Under the pieces are notes generated by a model. The model ran no database searches, was not told where the DNA came from, and saw nothing but the letters and a program-made list of their open reading frames with translations. A stretch of 63,631 nucleotides of DNA, filler included, from Octopus bimaculoides (lineage: Eukaryota): the NCBI RefSeq assembly GCF_001194135.2. It is 6 parts of 5 records of this genome, joined end to end, with 100 filler letters (N's around TTAATTAATTAA, not from the genome) between each part and the next. Parts side by side here need not be neighbours in the genome. Positions count along the whole stretch, not along the records: positions 16,488 to 25,396 come from NC_068983.1; positions 25,497 to 39,593 come from NC_068990.1; 4 more parts are not named here. The stretch is one strand, 5' to 3'. Below are positions 24,835 through 36,576 of the stretch, in pieces. The position numbers and the translations under genes are program-made. Positions within the stretch are counted from its first letter, which is position 1; every line of letters begins with the position of its first letter.

Positions 24835-25080
24835 GGCGGCGAGCTGGCTGAATCGTTAGCATACTGGACTAAATGCTTAGCGGCATTTTGCCCGTTGTTA
24901 CGTTCTGAGGTCGACTTTGCCTTTCATCTTTTTGAGGTCGATAAAATAAGTACCAGTGAAACATTGGGGTCGATGTAATCGGCTAGTCCCCGGCCACGAA
25001 ATTTCAGGTTTTGTGTCTATAGCAAAAAGGATTATTATTATTGTTATTGTTGCTATTATTATTATTATTATTACTATTAT
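24835..25080 (+). mobile_element. tRNA-derived SINE family B with (TTA)n tail
   Basis: GGCGGCGAGCTGGC head; central gtcgactttgcctttcatcttt..ggtcgataaaataagtaccag block (Meta/Sauria-type domain by my recollection); tail ends gaaaggattattatt. Confidence 0.88.
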
Positions 25081-25089
25081 TATTTTATG

Positions 25090-25396
25090 TTTGACTTTTG
25101 TTTTGCATTTGTACAAGTTGGATCCAAGTCTCACCCAGAGACCTCAAGAGACAACAAGTTAGAAGTTCATGTAGGTGTTATGCCTAGGGTACCATATATT
25201 TGGATTTGTACAGTTTTGTTCTAGTGAATATTTAAGAAACCATAAGAAAATTATGTTTGCTTTAAAATTTGAGATCACATAGACAGTATTTTACGTAGGA
25301 TATGGGCAGTTCCCATGAGCACTATCTTTTGAACTTCAGCCATTTTGGGGTTTCCTGGTATCTGAGCTAGGTAGTAATCAGCCCGTTTCGCTGTCA
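25090..25396 (-). mobile_element. R4/Dong-like LINE 3' end
   Basis: IPGNPKMAEVQ..VLMGTAHILRKILSM* plus 3' UTR ending at an (AAT)n tract. Confidence 0.75.
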
Positions 25397-25496
25397 NNNN
25401 NNNNNNNNNNNNNNNNNNNNNNNNNNNNNNNNNNNNNNNNTTAATTAATTAANNNNNNNNNNNNNNNNNNNNNNNNNNNNNNNNNNNNNNNNNNNN
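25397..25496. other. artificial scaffold join
   Basis: Same 44N-TTAATTAATTAA-44N construct. Confidence 0.95.
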
Positions 25497-25508
25497 TCTC
25501 TCACCCTC

Positions 25509-25564
<56 letters not shown>

Positions 25565-27041
25565 CTTGGGTGCATGTATATTTGTATAACACAAGTGTCT
25601 GTGTATGCTGAGTGAATGCGCAATGGATGTGTGTGTATGTATGTATCAGTACTAGTGTGTGTGTTAGTGTGAGTGTGTGCGTGTGCCCTGTGTATGTGCG
25701 CGCGTATGAGTATTGTATATTGGCTACTTCTAAGTGAAATTAACTAACCTACGACAGAGGGCTCTGAATTCTGCAAAATAGCCCCACCACGTGCAAACAC
25801 CACTTGATCTTATCGGTTTATTTTTCAACACCCTGAATGTGATCGTCCAACTTGTAGAAATAGTAGCCCAATGTCCCTTAAATCACATTCTGCCATCTTA
25901 AAAAGTGAATGACAAAGGATCTGGTGCATTTCAGTTGACTGCCAATTTTTAATCTCTTCAATTCCTGCTCGAATTGATTTCATATTCGGTGTAATGATAT
26001 AGTTTTATACACTGCTTTGAAATGCATTTTCGCAATGAATCGATAAATAAAGAATTATTAGCTTTTAAAGTTTGAAAATTTTTGTTAATTTTAACCAATC
26101 GTAAGCCACAGATACATTTATGCCTGTTTCCATAGTAACAAACGAAACATGAGAATAGCATATATTCTACGCGAAAGCATGTGCGTCGACGTTGTGTCTG
26201 CTCCTTGTGCCCATCTACTGGTCAAGAGACGTGGTAAAAATAATAGCCAAATAGGCCTTAAATATCGCATCCCCAATATTTTATTTAATTTTGGGTTTTG
26301 CATAATCGTATGAATTCCCAAGCGTAGAATACAAATTCGCGAGAATTTTCTGAAAATTCCAAAAAATATAAAAAGTTATGACGGGTTATATGACGTGCAT
26401 AAAGCAGAAGCTGATTTATTTAGTTTTCATATTAAAACACGTTACGCACAAAATGACAGTTTCTAGATTCTGTTTTCTGACTGGATGAAAATTGTCAGAG
26501 TTTAAGCCTCTATGACTTTATTAAAAAAAGTTTCTGGAAAAAGTGAAGTATCTATTAAGATTCAGCTTGGAAAACTACATTAATGTATCAAATTTTAATG
26601 TTTTCAATAAACTTTAAATTAATGAAAATTGGCAGCCAAACTGAAAAGATCTGAAGGTTTTCACGATCGAGACTGACCATGGTTTAAACAACAACAAAAG
26701 CAACAACAATGCTTTTTCAACCTGTCTATGTGTATCCAGTTGTGAATGTGTTTCGTCAAACTTTTTTGTTTGTTTCTTTTATTATTTCTTCCATCTTTCT
26801 TTCTTTCTTTCTCATTCGGGTGATAATTTTTACAATTGCAATTTAGGAACCACTGCGTCTGTTATGGTAGAAGGCAGCCCAAGGTATTGCGTAGGGCTTC
26901 GAACCTGGGCTTACCTGGTTGCGATACGAAATGTTTAGCCATGCACGCGATACATGCGCCTAAGGTACTCCTCGCTCTTTCTCTCTCGCCTCACTCATTT
27001 GTGTGTGTATTTCTGTGTCAGTATAACGTGGTGTCCCCACA

Positions 27042-27072
<31 letters not shown>

Positions 27073-27393
27073 TTATCTCTCTTCATCTCTCTTTTTCCTC
27101 TCTTTCCATACAATCTCTCTGTGAGTGATCTATCGTGAAATGTGTTCAGATTTGTACGTAGGTAGATGTGACTCTATTAGTGTGTGTTTGTGTGTGCGTG
27201 TGTGTGGTAGTGTGTACACGTGTGTGCATTTACTCAGTTTTTCAATGGATTAGCATTTAACTAAATACACATCATCAGTGTAATCAGCACAAATCTATCT
27301 GCCTGTGTGAGCATGGCAGCTATGTATGTATGTATATATCTAAATCGGTATCTATGTCTATTTATATACATGTAAATATACAAATTTACAAAC

Positions 27394-27456
<63 letters not shown>

Positions 27457-28659
27457 CATATACATATGCATACACATATGGATACGTGTACATGTGTGTG
27501 TATGTGTGTGTGCATGCGTTTGTGTACACACGCGCAGACAGATGTATATTGATTGTACACACGATGTGTGTTTACTTAAACCCGAATCCATTGACCAGTG
27601 AAGCCTAAATACAAATTAAATACAATTTTATAATTAAATATTATTAGGAATTATATAAAAGATAGATAAAATATTTTGGGTATTGCAGAAGTATAACCAA
27701 TTTACTGTACATAAATTTTAACAAAAAAACCTTATATGGATCCCAAAGGACCATATGGACAACATAGCTAACTTAATGATGATCACATTCTAGAACTAAT
27801 CACAGTCTTCTGAATTAGACAATTCCATTAGTAATACAGTAACTAAGAAGTATACAACACGGATCTTTAAATCCAAGAGGTAAAAAGAACAAAAAGATAA
27901 TCAGAATGTTTCATAAAATAGTTGATATTGTCACGTTTTATGCGAATCTCTATGTGCTCACATGGCTTCCTGCTTCATAGATTCAGCCTTCTGGGATCTA
28001 CTTTCAGAAAGGATACTTATTTGGAATCAGAGCAACCTCGGTAGTGTTTCTGTGTTATTTGTATGCTACTTTGCTCCACCTACTTGTAAAGTAAATTAGG
28101 ACCTCCCTCTAACAGCTTTACAGCAAGCAAAATACGAAGTAGGAAGAGTAAAAATAAATGTATGATTATTAAAAAACAGACCAGCTGGATATTATATCTA
28201 ACCCTTTCAAAAGTTGGATGACACTTGATTATATTTAACCCTTGGATGATAATAGTGAGAAAAATTACCATTAAATTGGAACATTAACTTGTAGTGTTTC
28301 GGCAGAAAAGCACTTTATGTGTTGGTTTGGAAAAAGATACCTCTGAGTAGCAATTTTTTTGTTGATCTAAACCTTTCCCTCTGGACGAAATCCTTGGAAT
28401 AGGAAGCGATAGTCAATTTCTTTCTACTTAGTCCCTTCTCCAAGAAGAAAAACTTTATTTAATATCAAATGTTAATTAAATTTTTCTTTCAAATTGCTTT
28501 TAAAAGTTAAATTAGAATTCGTGAACAGTAAAATTACATTATTTTCATTGAAAAGTGGCAAAACAAGACCAGAAGTGAAGAGAAACGATACATTGACAAA
28601 CTATGTTTGGTGAAGTTTTAAAAAGGGCTAATTACTAAAATGTCAGTGTCTTGGGATTA

Positions 28660-28714
<55 letters not shown>

Positions 28715-28751
28715 NNNNNNNNNNACACACACACACACACACACACGCACA

Positions 28752-29375
28752 CATCTTGGGCATTACAGGTTATATTTGGTGCGACACCTTCACCGGTCAT
28801 GAACGCCCGTACATGCCGCAGAAACATAGACGCGACGTTTTCTCTGCTTTGCATTCCCTAGCACATCCTGGTGTCCACGCCACACAAAAGATGATATCGA
28901 CCCCTTTCGTGTCGCCCAATATCAATATGGACGCCCGTGAATGAGCTAGAACCTGTGTCGCGTGCCAAAAAGCAAAGATCCACCGACACATTTTCTCCAA
29001 TCGGTTCCTTTACAACTCCAGATGTACGTTTTCAATATGTGCATATCAACATCGTTGGACCCTTGCCGCCTTCCAAAAACTGCACATGTAAATGATGGAA
29101 TACCGTTTTAAGTTTGGCTACCATATTCCGGGCCCTACAAAGTAATCCACAGAGAACCAAATTATTTCGTTCTCGATATTGGAGGAAAACGAAATACTGT
29201 CTCTGTCGATCGCTTAAAAGATGCATTCGTGGAAGAGGAATTACTATCAGTTTCCACCGTTCCTCATACGGACTCAACAACGTCATCTTCACCCATCGCA
29301 AACACCTCAGATTCTTTACGACCCCTGCACACCAAATCAGGATGAATAGTTCGATGACCCGTAAGATATGTCCAG
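28752..29375 (+). mobile_element. Ty3/Gypsy integrase relic with the catalytic core deleted
   Basis: IWCDTFTGHERPY, LHSLAHPGVHATQ...ARTCVACQKAKIHRH (HHCC), RFQYVHINIVGPLPPSK, then directly PYSGPYKVI...TVSVDRLKDAF (GPY/F region) and TKSG*IVR*PVRY. Confidence 0.9.
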
Positions 29376-29993
29376 GTCTTTCGAGTAAGTACAAATTCTT
29401 CAGCTGCCCGTCCTTTCAAATGAAATACCCACTTCAACAAATAAAATCAAATTGTTTATTTATGATTATCAACAATTGCCACATACATAACCCAAGAGAC
29501 TCTGCATCACTTGCATACAAACCAAAACAAAACAAAAAACATTTTGTATATAAAAAACAAATATTTTTCTATATCGACCAAAATCATTTTTTATCAAAAT
29601 TGTTTTGCGGATTAAACTGACTGAACATTTTAACCAACAAATTTTTTGCAAGAACATTTTCATTTTTATGTAAAATTACATTTTTTTGCATGCACATATG
29701 CACATATGTTTTGCTCTCTCTATCACACCTGTATGCTTACACACACTTGCATCACTCACATTTTCATGTGTGCTATCATTTACTCTCCGCGCATTGAAAG
29801 ACAACTTACCTCTATTAGACCTCTTGTAGGTCGCGTAATCAATAGAGTTGCATATCTCTTTCAACGTGCCAGCATATTACATTTATGCTTCTGTTTTTAA
29901 ATTTCAGAAAAGCTAGTAAACATACAAATTCGCAATTACTTTCGTAAATACAGTTAACCATTAGCTAAATTCTGTGAAAAATCTAAGTTTGTA

Positions 29994-31306
29994 CAATGGT
30001 CTTAATAAAAGTTAATTAGTTTCGTCCAAATGCCTCATGTGTAAAATAAGAGAACGATCAAACCAAAAAATGCTTCAATTAGCTCAAAACCATAATAATG
30101 ATTGAAAGAAATGTAAATATGAACTTAATACACTTAGTATGATGTTTGTAGACCTTTTGTTGGAGATCACCTCTGCACATCGATTGCCATAGGATATAAG
30201 TTTCCTGCACAAGTCAGGTGTTACTTTCTTCCATTCCTCTTCTAATATGTCCCATAAATTCGTCGTAGTAGTTCGTACCCTTTGTGTAACTTTGTCTTTA
30301 AGTATCTTCCAAAGATTGTCAATTGGATTTAAGTCTGGGCTTTGTGCTGGCCCCTTCATTACTTGGATATTTCGTTCACTAAAGAATCCAGTGACAGGCC
30401 TTGCAGTATGACAAGGGGCGTTATCTTGCATGAAAATGCACGGTCGATTCGGAAATACTCGTAATGATAGAATCACATGCTGTTTAACCAAATTCAAATG
30501 GATATTAGCATTAATAGTCCCTTTAATCTGTACTAGAGGGCCAAGTCCTTCAGAAGAAATCATTCCCCACACCATGACGCTTCCTCCTCCAAACTTGGCA
30601 GATTTCTTCAGGCACTTGGATTTGGCCAATCTCCCTTGAAGCGCTTAACATACTCTCTACCATCTGAACCTACTTAATTGAATTTGCTTTCATTGCTTTT
30701 GACCAATTTTCATCTATCCAGTTTACATGAGCTTCTGCAAACGAAAGCCTTTCCAATTTGTTCTTCTTGCTGATGGTCAGTTTTGTTGCCGGGGAACAAG
30801 TCTTTAATCCAAATTCCTTCAGACAACGAAACACTGTAAAGCGGGTCACTTCCATACCATTATTTATTTTTATTTTCTTAGAAATTCCAGCCGCAGTCTC
30901 GAAAGGATCCTTCAATACGTATCGTTTCATGGCTCCATTATCTTGCATGGTGATTTTGCGTGGTCTACCAGTTGCCTTTTTTGGTTCAAATCCTTTAGCT
31001 TCTTCATAGAGCTTAAGAACACGTGAAACTGCACTATTAGATCTCCTTACGTCTCGTGAAAAACCGAGTGAGTCATTCCTGAAACTTTCATCCTGACAAT
31101 TTCTTTTCGGAGATCGGGAGTAAATTTAGCGTGGTGTGCCATGTTCGGAAGCTAGCACAATACTCAGACGGTAGTAGCGTTGAACCTGCAGATGTAAACA
31201 ATGTTTGAAATTTCTAGAAATTTCTGAAGGAAACTAATCGTTCTCTTATTTTTCACGTGAGACATTTGGAGGGAACTAGTGTTATCAAATTTTATTAAGA
31301 CCATTG
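29994..31306 (-). mobile_element. Tc1-family element with decayed transposase (ATG near 31143, end near 30120)
   Basis: TA|CAATGGTCTTAATAAAA inverted ends. Paired-like HTH ..TGRPRKIT.., KFGGGSVMVWG, FMQDNAPCH, SPDLNPIDNLW (34-residue spacing, E->D). Frameshifts and loss of the first catalytic D region. Confidence 0.93.
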
Positions 31307-31587
31307 TACAACGTTAGATTTTTCAGAAAATTTAGCAAATGGTTAATCATGTTTACGAAACTGATTACAGATTTGTACGTTCACTAGCATTTCCGACATT
31401 TAAAAAAATATTAATTTTTCTCTTTTTTTGCTCANNNNNNNNNNNNNNNNNNNNNNNNNNNNNNNNNNNNNNNNNNNNNNNNNNNNNNNNNNNNNNNNNN
31501 NNNNNNNNNNNNNNNNNNNNNNNNNNNNNNNNNNNNNNNNNNNNNNNNNNNNNNNNNNNNNNNNNNNNNNNNNNNNNNNNATTTTTT

Positions 31588-32635
31588 TTTTGCCAAATAA
31601 ACACACGCACTATATATTCGTTCTTCACTTGTTTGTTACTGTTCTTATTTTAACTCATCTCCATTGTCAGCTTACTCCGTTCTGTTTTTCATCATAGAAG
31701 AACAGAATGGACTAAGCAGAGCAAGAGCACACACGAGGACGAAAAGTGTCGCTGAAGAGGTTGTAACAGTAAAAGTTTGTAACGGTAGAAATTTGTACGG
31801 TTGAAATTAAATTGTAAACAATAATATGGAACGTCGAAGTCGTAATCAGTTTGTAAAGATTGGTTCTTCGTTGATTGCCATTATGTAAAGATGAAAGAAC
31901 AGTGATTGAGGATGTAATGAAAGTATTTATTTTTACCGTTACATTGTATATACCATGCCTCGACGGGCAGGTGATGAAATCGTAAAGCATGCGAAGTTAA
32001 TTTCAGCCCGTATTTTCTTATTGTAGTAGTACACCATAGAGAGAGATATGGTAATGTGCAGAGAAGAGAAAGTGAGTTAGTGAAAGTGAGAGAGTGTGGG
32101 ACGAAACAACTGCTCTGTTGGTAAGTTACCATAATTATTCTCTCTGTGCCCTTTTCTTTAGAGACGGCGTTTGTTCAGCCGGTCAGTCAGACTCGTTCTC
32201 ACTAACCGAGTTGTCACCAAGTGACTGATTTACGCTTGGGGGTTCTTGTTTTTATAACTATCCAGAAGGATAAACATCGTTGAGAACAATGGATTTCGTA
32301 GGTGGTACTTGTTATCTTAATTCTAGCTGTTGGTGAAGTAGAAGAGGTTAAAAAGGTTAAGTGGTGAAGACATTATTTCAGTCTAGCTAAGGCATCTGGA
32401 AAATGCAAAACTGGTGTCACAGAAAAAAACCATTGTTCCACCGTGAGAAAAGTTCTGTTGAAGTGTTACTTGAAATTTGGTTATGGTGGATCGAATCCAC
32501 TTCATGCCTGCAAGATTCACTACAAAGTTACTGATAAGTGACGAAAGATTTCCGGACAATGGACATGAGTTAGAATAAGAACAGTAATAAACGGGTGAAG
32601 AACGAATATATAGTGCGTGTGTTTATTTGGCAAAA
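31588..32635. repeat. ~80-bp inverted repeats enclosing ~890 bp of unclassified sequence
   Basis: Arms 31588-31668 and 32555-32635 (GCCAAATAAACACACGCACTATATATTCGTTCTTCAC...CCATTGTC), about 90% identical by eye. Confidence 0.8.
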
Positions 32636-32759
32636 GAAATGACTATCCCGAAATACAAATATGTCTGTTTCAACACAGAGTTTCACATTAGGAATTTTAC
32701 AACACAAATTCATAAACATATATATGTTTATGTACACACNNNNNNNNNNATATAAAATA

Positions 32760-33480
32760 CAAAATGGGACAAGAACGCAAAACATTCAGACACTTAGGTG
32801 ATACAAAAACGATACAACAAAACATTCAGATAGACGATACAAAGACAACAAGGACGGGGCATTTGGAGTTTTCTTTCCTCAGTCGAGTTCCAGATTATCT
32901 TTGCAATTTCGGCTGGTTATACTCGAGATTGCTTCAATCTGGCCAGCGCCGAGGAAAAACTAAGCTAAGAGCATTAGATTCCTTGGAATAAAGTATACGA
33001 AAACAAGGACGGAAAATAACGGAGAATGTTACACAAATACAAATAACAGGACATAACAACAGGTGTCTTTCGACTAAGGACGTATTAAATTAAGCTGGCG
33101 TGTGTTGAAGTAAAGCTTTACGGCAGGGATACAAGATTTCACGGGCACAGAGAGGAATATAGATGCTGCACGGACGATGGCCGAAACAAGAAAGAAAGGT
33201 CAGGCTTGGCCGAACACCGGTCACGTGGGGGAGAGAAGAGAGAGAGGTAGAGGCAGAGGGACAGAAGAAATAAGGAGGGGCAAGAAAAAATGACAGGGAC
33301 ACAGTGAAGTGAAAAGGAGGGAAAGTGAGCATGAAGAGAAGGCAAGGAAATGTGAGAGAGAGGGAACGAAAGAACGAGGAGTGGCATGAACGAAGTCAGC
33401 GTGAAAGGGTTGATAGAAAGAAGGAAAGAATAAAAGAATAGAGTCGTACAAGATTTAGATAAATATATACTTACATAAAA
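32760..33480 (-). mobile_element. probable PLE terminal (pLTR-like) fragment
   Basis: Pyrimidine-rich block followed by a tail with cagccgaaattgc and ctgagga motifs; organisation similar to 48510-49043. Weak. Confidence 0.4.
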
Positions 33481-33494
33481 GAGACCAAAGTGTA

Positions 33495-33650
33495 CGTACG
33501 CCGCTTGCACTCATGGTCGCAAGATTGTGGAGCGAGTGGTGTGTTGTTTTCTTGAGCAAAACTTCATTTCACACTGTTCCGGTCCACTCAGCTGACAAAA
33601 ATGAGTAACCCTGCAACGAACCAGCATCCTGTTGAAGAGTAGGCATAAAA
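33495..33650 (+). mobile_element. SINE family C (V-domain-like)
   Basis: ttcttgagcaaaacttcatttcacac...ccactcagctgacaaaaatgagtaacc. Confidence 0.65.
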
Positions 33651-34121
33651 CTCGGTAAGGACCTTTCATAATTTATCTTTTTTCTATTTTGGTACATGTA
33701 TGTTTTTTGAAGAGGGTAGAACAACCACTTAGCCAAAATTGTTCCCAGGTCTATACTGACTTGGAGCAGTTTGAACCTATCAGAGTTCTAGCCATGAGTT
33801 AAAAAGTATGCGTGATGACAATTCCTCTGAGCGCAGGAACGCAGAAATATTTTGGTGTCAGAGCGCGCAGTAAAACCACCGGGAATGAGCGACCCCTAGC
33901 TGTTGTCACAGCATCCTTCTAGGTGAGAAACAGCCTGACGTACGACCTGCGGTTTTTCGAGATTACATGTCTTTGTCAATGGAAAAGTGGCGATGTACGC
34001 AGACCTAACCTATTGGAAGCGCTCAGTAAGTTACAAATTTCGACTGTCATCTATGTTTCAAACCATGCAATCTGCAATACTTAAATACTATTTAATCCCG
34101 TTACAGATCTGCATCTGAGAG

Positions 34122-34207
34122 GTTATGAACGGAAAGACAGAAGTGCCATTGAGAACAAGGAAGACCAACAAGACGGCAATCATCTGTGAAGATAGAGCAA
34201 TCACCAT
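34122..34207 (+). pseudogene. exon-like segment, 86 nt: VMNGKTEVPLRTRKTNKTAIICEDRAIT; paralog of 45610-45695
   Basis: AG| and |GTATGT borders; same length, phase and frame as the 45.6-kb copy; upstream GTAAGT donor at 34026 is also shared. Confidence 0.45.
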
Positions 34208-36514
34208 GTATGTATGTATGTATGTATGTATGTATGTATGTATGTATGTATGGAAACTTCTGTATCTTCTTGTCTAAATCATAATTTCAATGAAACTCTT
34301 TCATGCAAGGAAATATTCATACTAGGCAGTACTCTCATAATTTTAGAACAATAAAGCCTCCAGATACGACGTCACAGTCTCATTGTCTCATAGATACTAT
34401 ATTAGAATAGACACACTGTCTATTTTGTATATGGGAACAGATACACCGATATATGTTTGGTGTATGGACGTAAATAAATAACTATTACTAGACTGGGTTA
34501 GAAGTATATTTACATATATATTTATAAACTGAATTATCTATCTATCTGTCTGTCTGTCTGTCTATCAACCTGTCTGTTTATTTGTCTGTCTGTCTAACTG
34601 AATGTGTGTGTTAGAGAGAGAGGGGGGGGGAGAAAGAGACTGAATGAGTGTGCGTGTATGTATATAACTAAGGTCGCTTTGCATGAAAATCTCAGCCTTC
34701 CAATATATTTTACTTAGACAATGTCACCAAATCGTCAATGGTTATGGATACAATTCCACCAATATTCCTTGTGTTGGGACGTATTAATGTTAAAATAGCC
34801 AATCGCTATTTTCTGCTTCTGGATTACAAAATCATTGTCTTCGAAATGTGACGTGATGTAATATACAAATATCCAAGAGTGGACACAGTTCCTGGTGATA
34901 TCGGTACCACATTCAAGTTTCCAGAGAAAAAATATATACTTGTATAATATTTTTGTTGTTGTTGTTAAACCCTAGCTCGAACTTGATCGAGTCGACCTAA
35001 CATCAAATACATTCCCCTTTTGGTGGTATAGTGTATCTGGGACTACGAAATCTACGACTTCCTTTTATTTTAAAGAGATTGTGCTATCATTTCTAATAAG
35101 GCGAGCGACTGTGCAGAGGCTCCAAACTTTAGTTGAAATTCAGGGTATTCCCTTCCATGTCTTTACTGAATTTGGTTCGTTAAAAAATTCTGAGATAGCA
35201 TGGAACATCTTCAGTAGTTTCTTACCGACAATTAAGTTGTTCTCTCTCTCCTTTGAATACTTGGTTGATATATATTTGACTGTACGAGTTGATGTTGTAT
35301 CGGTGATACCATACAGCACTCAAACGTTGACTAACTGATCTGAAAACACTTTCTATTAACCCAGAGACTGTCAATGTCACTATTTCTGCGTATGATTCCA
35401 CTTGATGTATTTGGTTCATTTTAATGTGAGTGAAACAAATTTTCTCCATAGTCCTATAAGCTATTCCAATATTGATGTTTTAAACATATGTGATATTGAA
35501 CTAACAGAGAATATCTACAGCTGTCAGATTTTTCAAAATCTTATGTAATACTTTTTACCCTTTCATTGCATAAAACATTTTCGTTCATAACCAAGCTTTT
35601 GTAACACTCATTGTGCCTTTCATGTCTTTGATGCGCATGTTTTCGTTTTAGAAAGCACATTTACTACGTTTAATTATCAACCCAAAAATATTCTTTTGGC
35701 CAAATTCCATCCGTCTATTAACTAAAAATGTTATTAAGTCCAGCTGTTTCTTAGTTTTGTAATAATTTCCAGTGTAGGAATTATGCGTTATATTCGTACT
35801 TCTTGCTGTAACCACTGGAGTTTTGTTAAATAAATGACAGCAGATTTACTGCCAAGATAAACATACACTGTCAGTTTTGAATATTCTTTTACAGAGCGTC
35901 ATAACATTAAGGAAAAGGGTTCTGCTTTCATTTCCATGGATGAGGGGAAACGACAAGACTTTTGTAAGACACTAAGTTGCTGTAATTAAGGAGACAGGTG
36001 ATTCCAGTGACTACAAGTTGGGAATAGATTTAAACACCTTTCTAGAAACGTCTATTTCTTTCTCGTTCTCTTTCTTTACCTCTCTTTTTCCTTCTCCCTC
36101 TCTCTTTCTCTCTCTTTCCTTCTCCCTCTCTCTTTCTCTCTCTTTTCTTCCCCAATACTTTAATTCTTCCTTCCTTTTTCTATCTGTCCTTCTCTAGTCT
36201 CCAGTCCTACAGGATATTTTCATTTTCCTTTGCGTTACCCTGTATTAGTCTGATTTTTTTTCTTGTATACGTATATTTTATTTTGTGGTGTTTATTTTCA
36301 TCCTTATCCTGTATGTTCGCTAGATATTCTCACTGGCTTTTCGCCACTGGCACCACCAAGAGTGAACAATATCAACGTTAAAGGCGCGAAATTGCAAGGA
36401 TTTTTTGGACGTTGACTGATGAGGAATTAGCTACAAATTTTCTGTTCGTTAGGTTTTTATAAAATTTTCCGGTTTTTTTTTGTTAAATTTTTGAAATATA
36501 TATATACATATAAA

Positions 36515-36576
<62 letters not shown>

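Noticed and set aside
29790-29870. Stem-loop resembling a pre-miRNA
   Set aside because: Pairing is broken by large internal loops; not a continuous Drosha-type stem.
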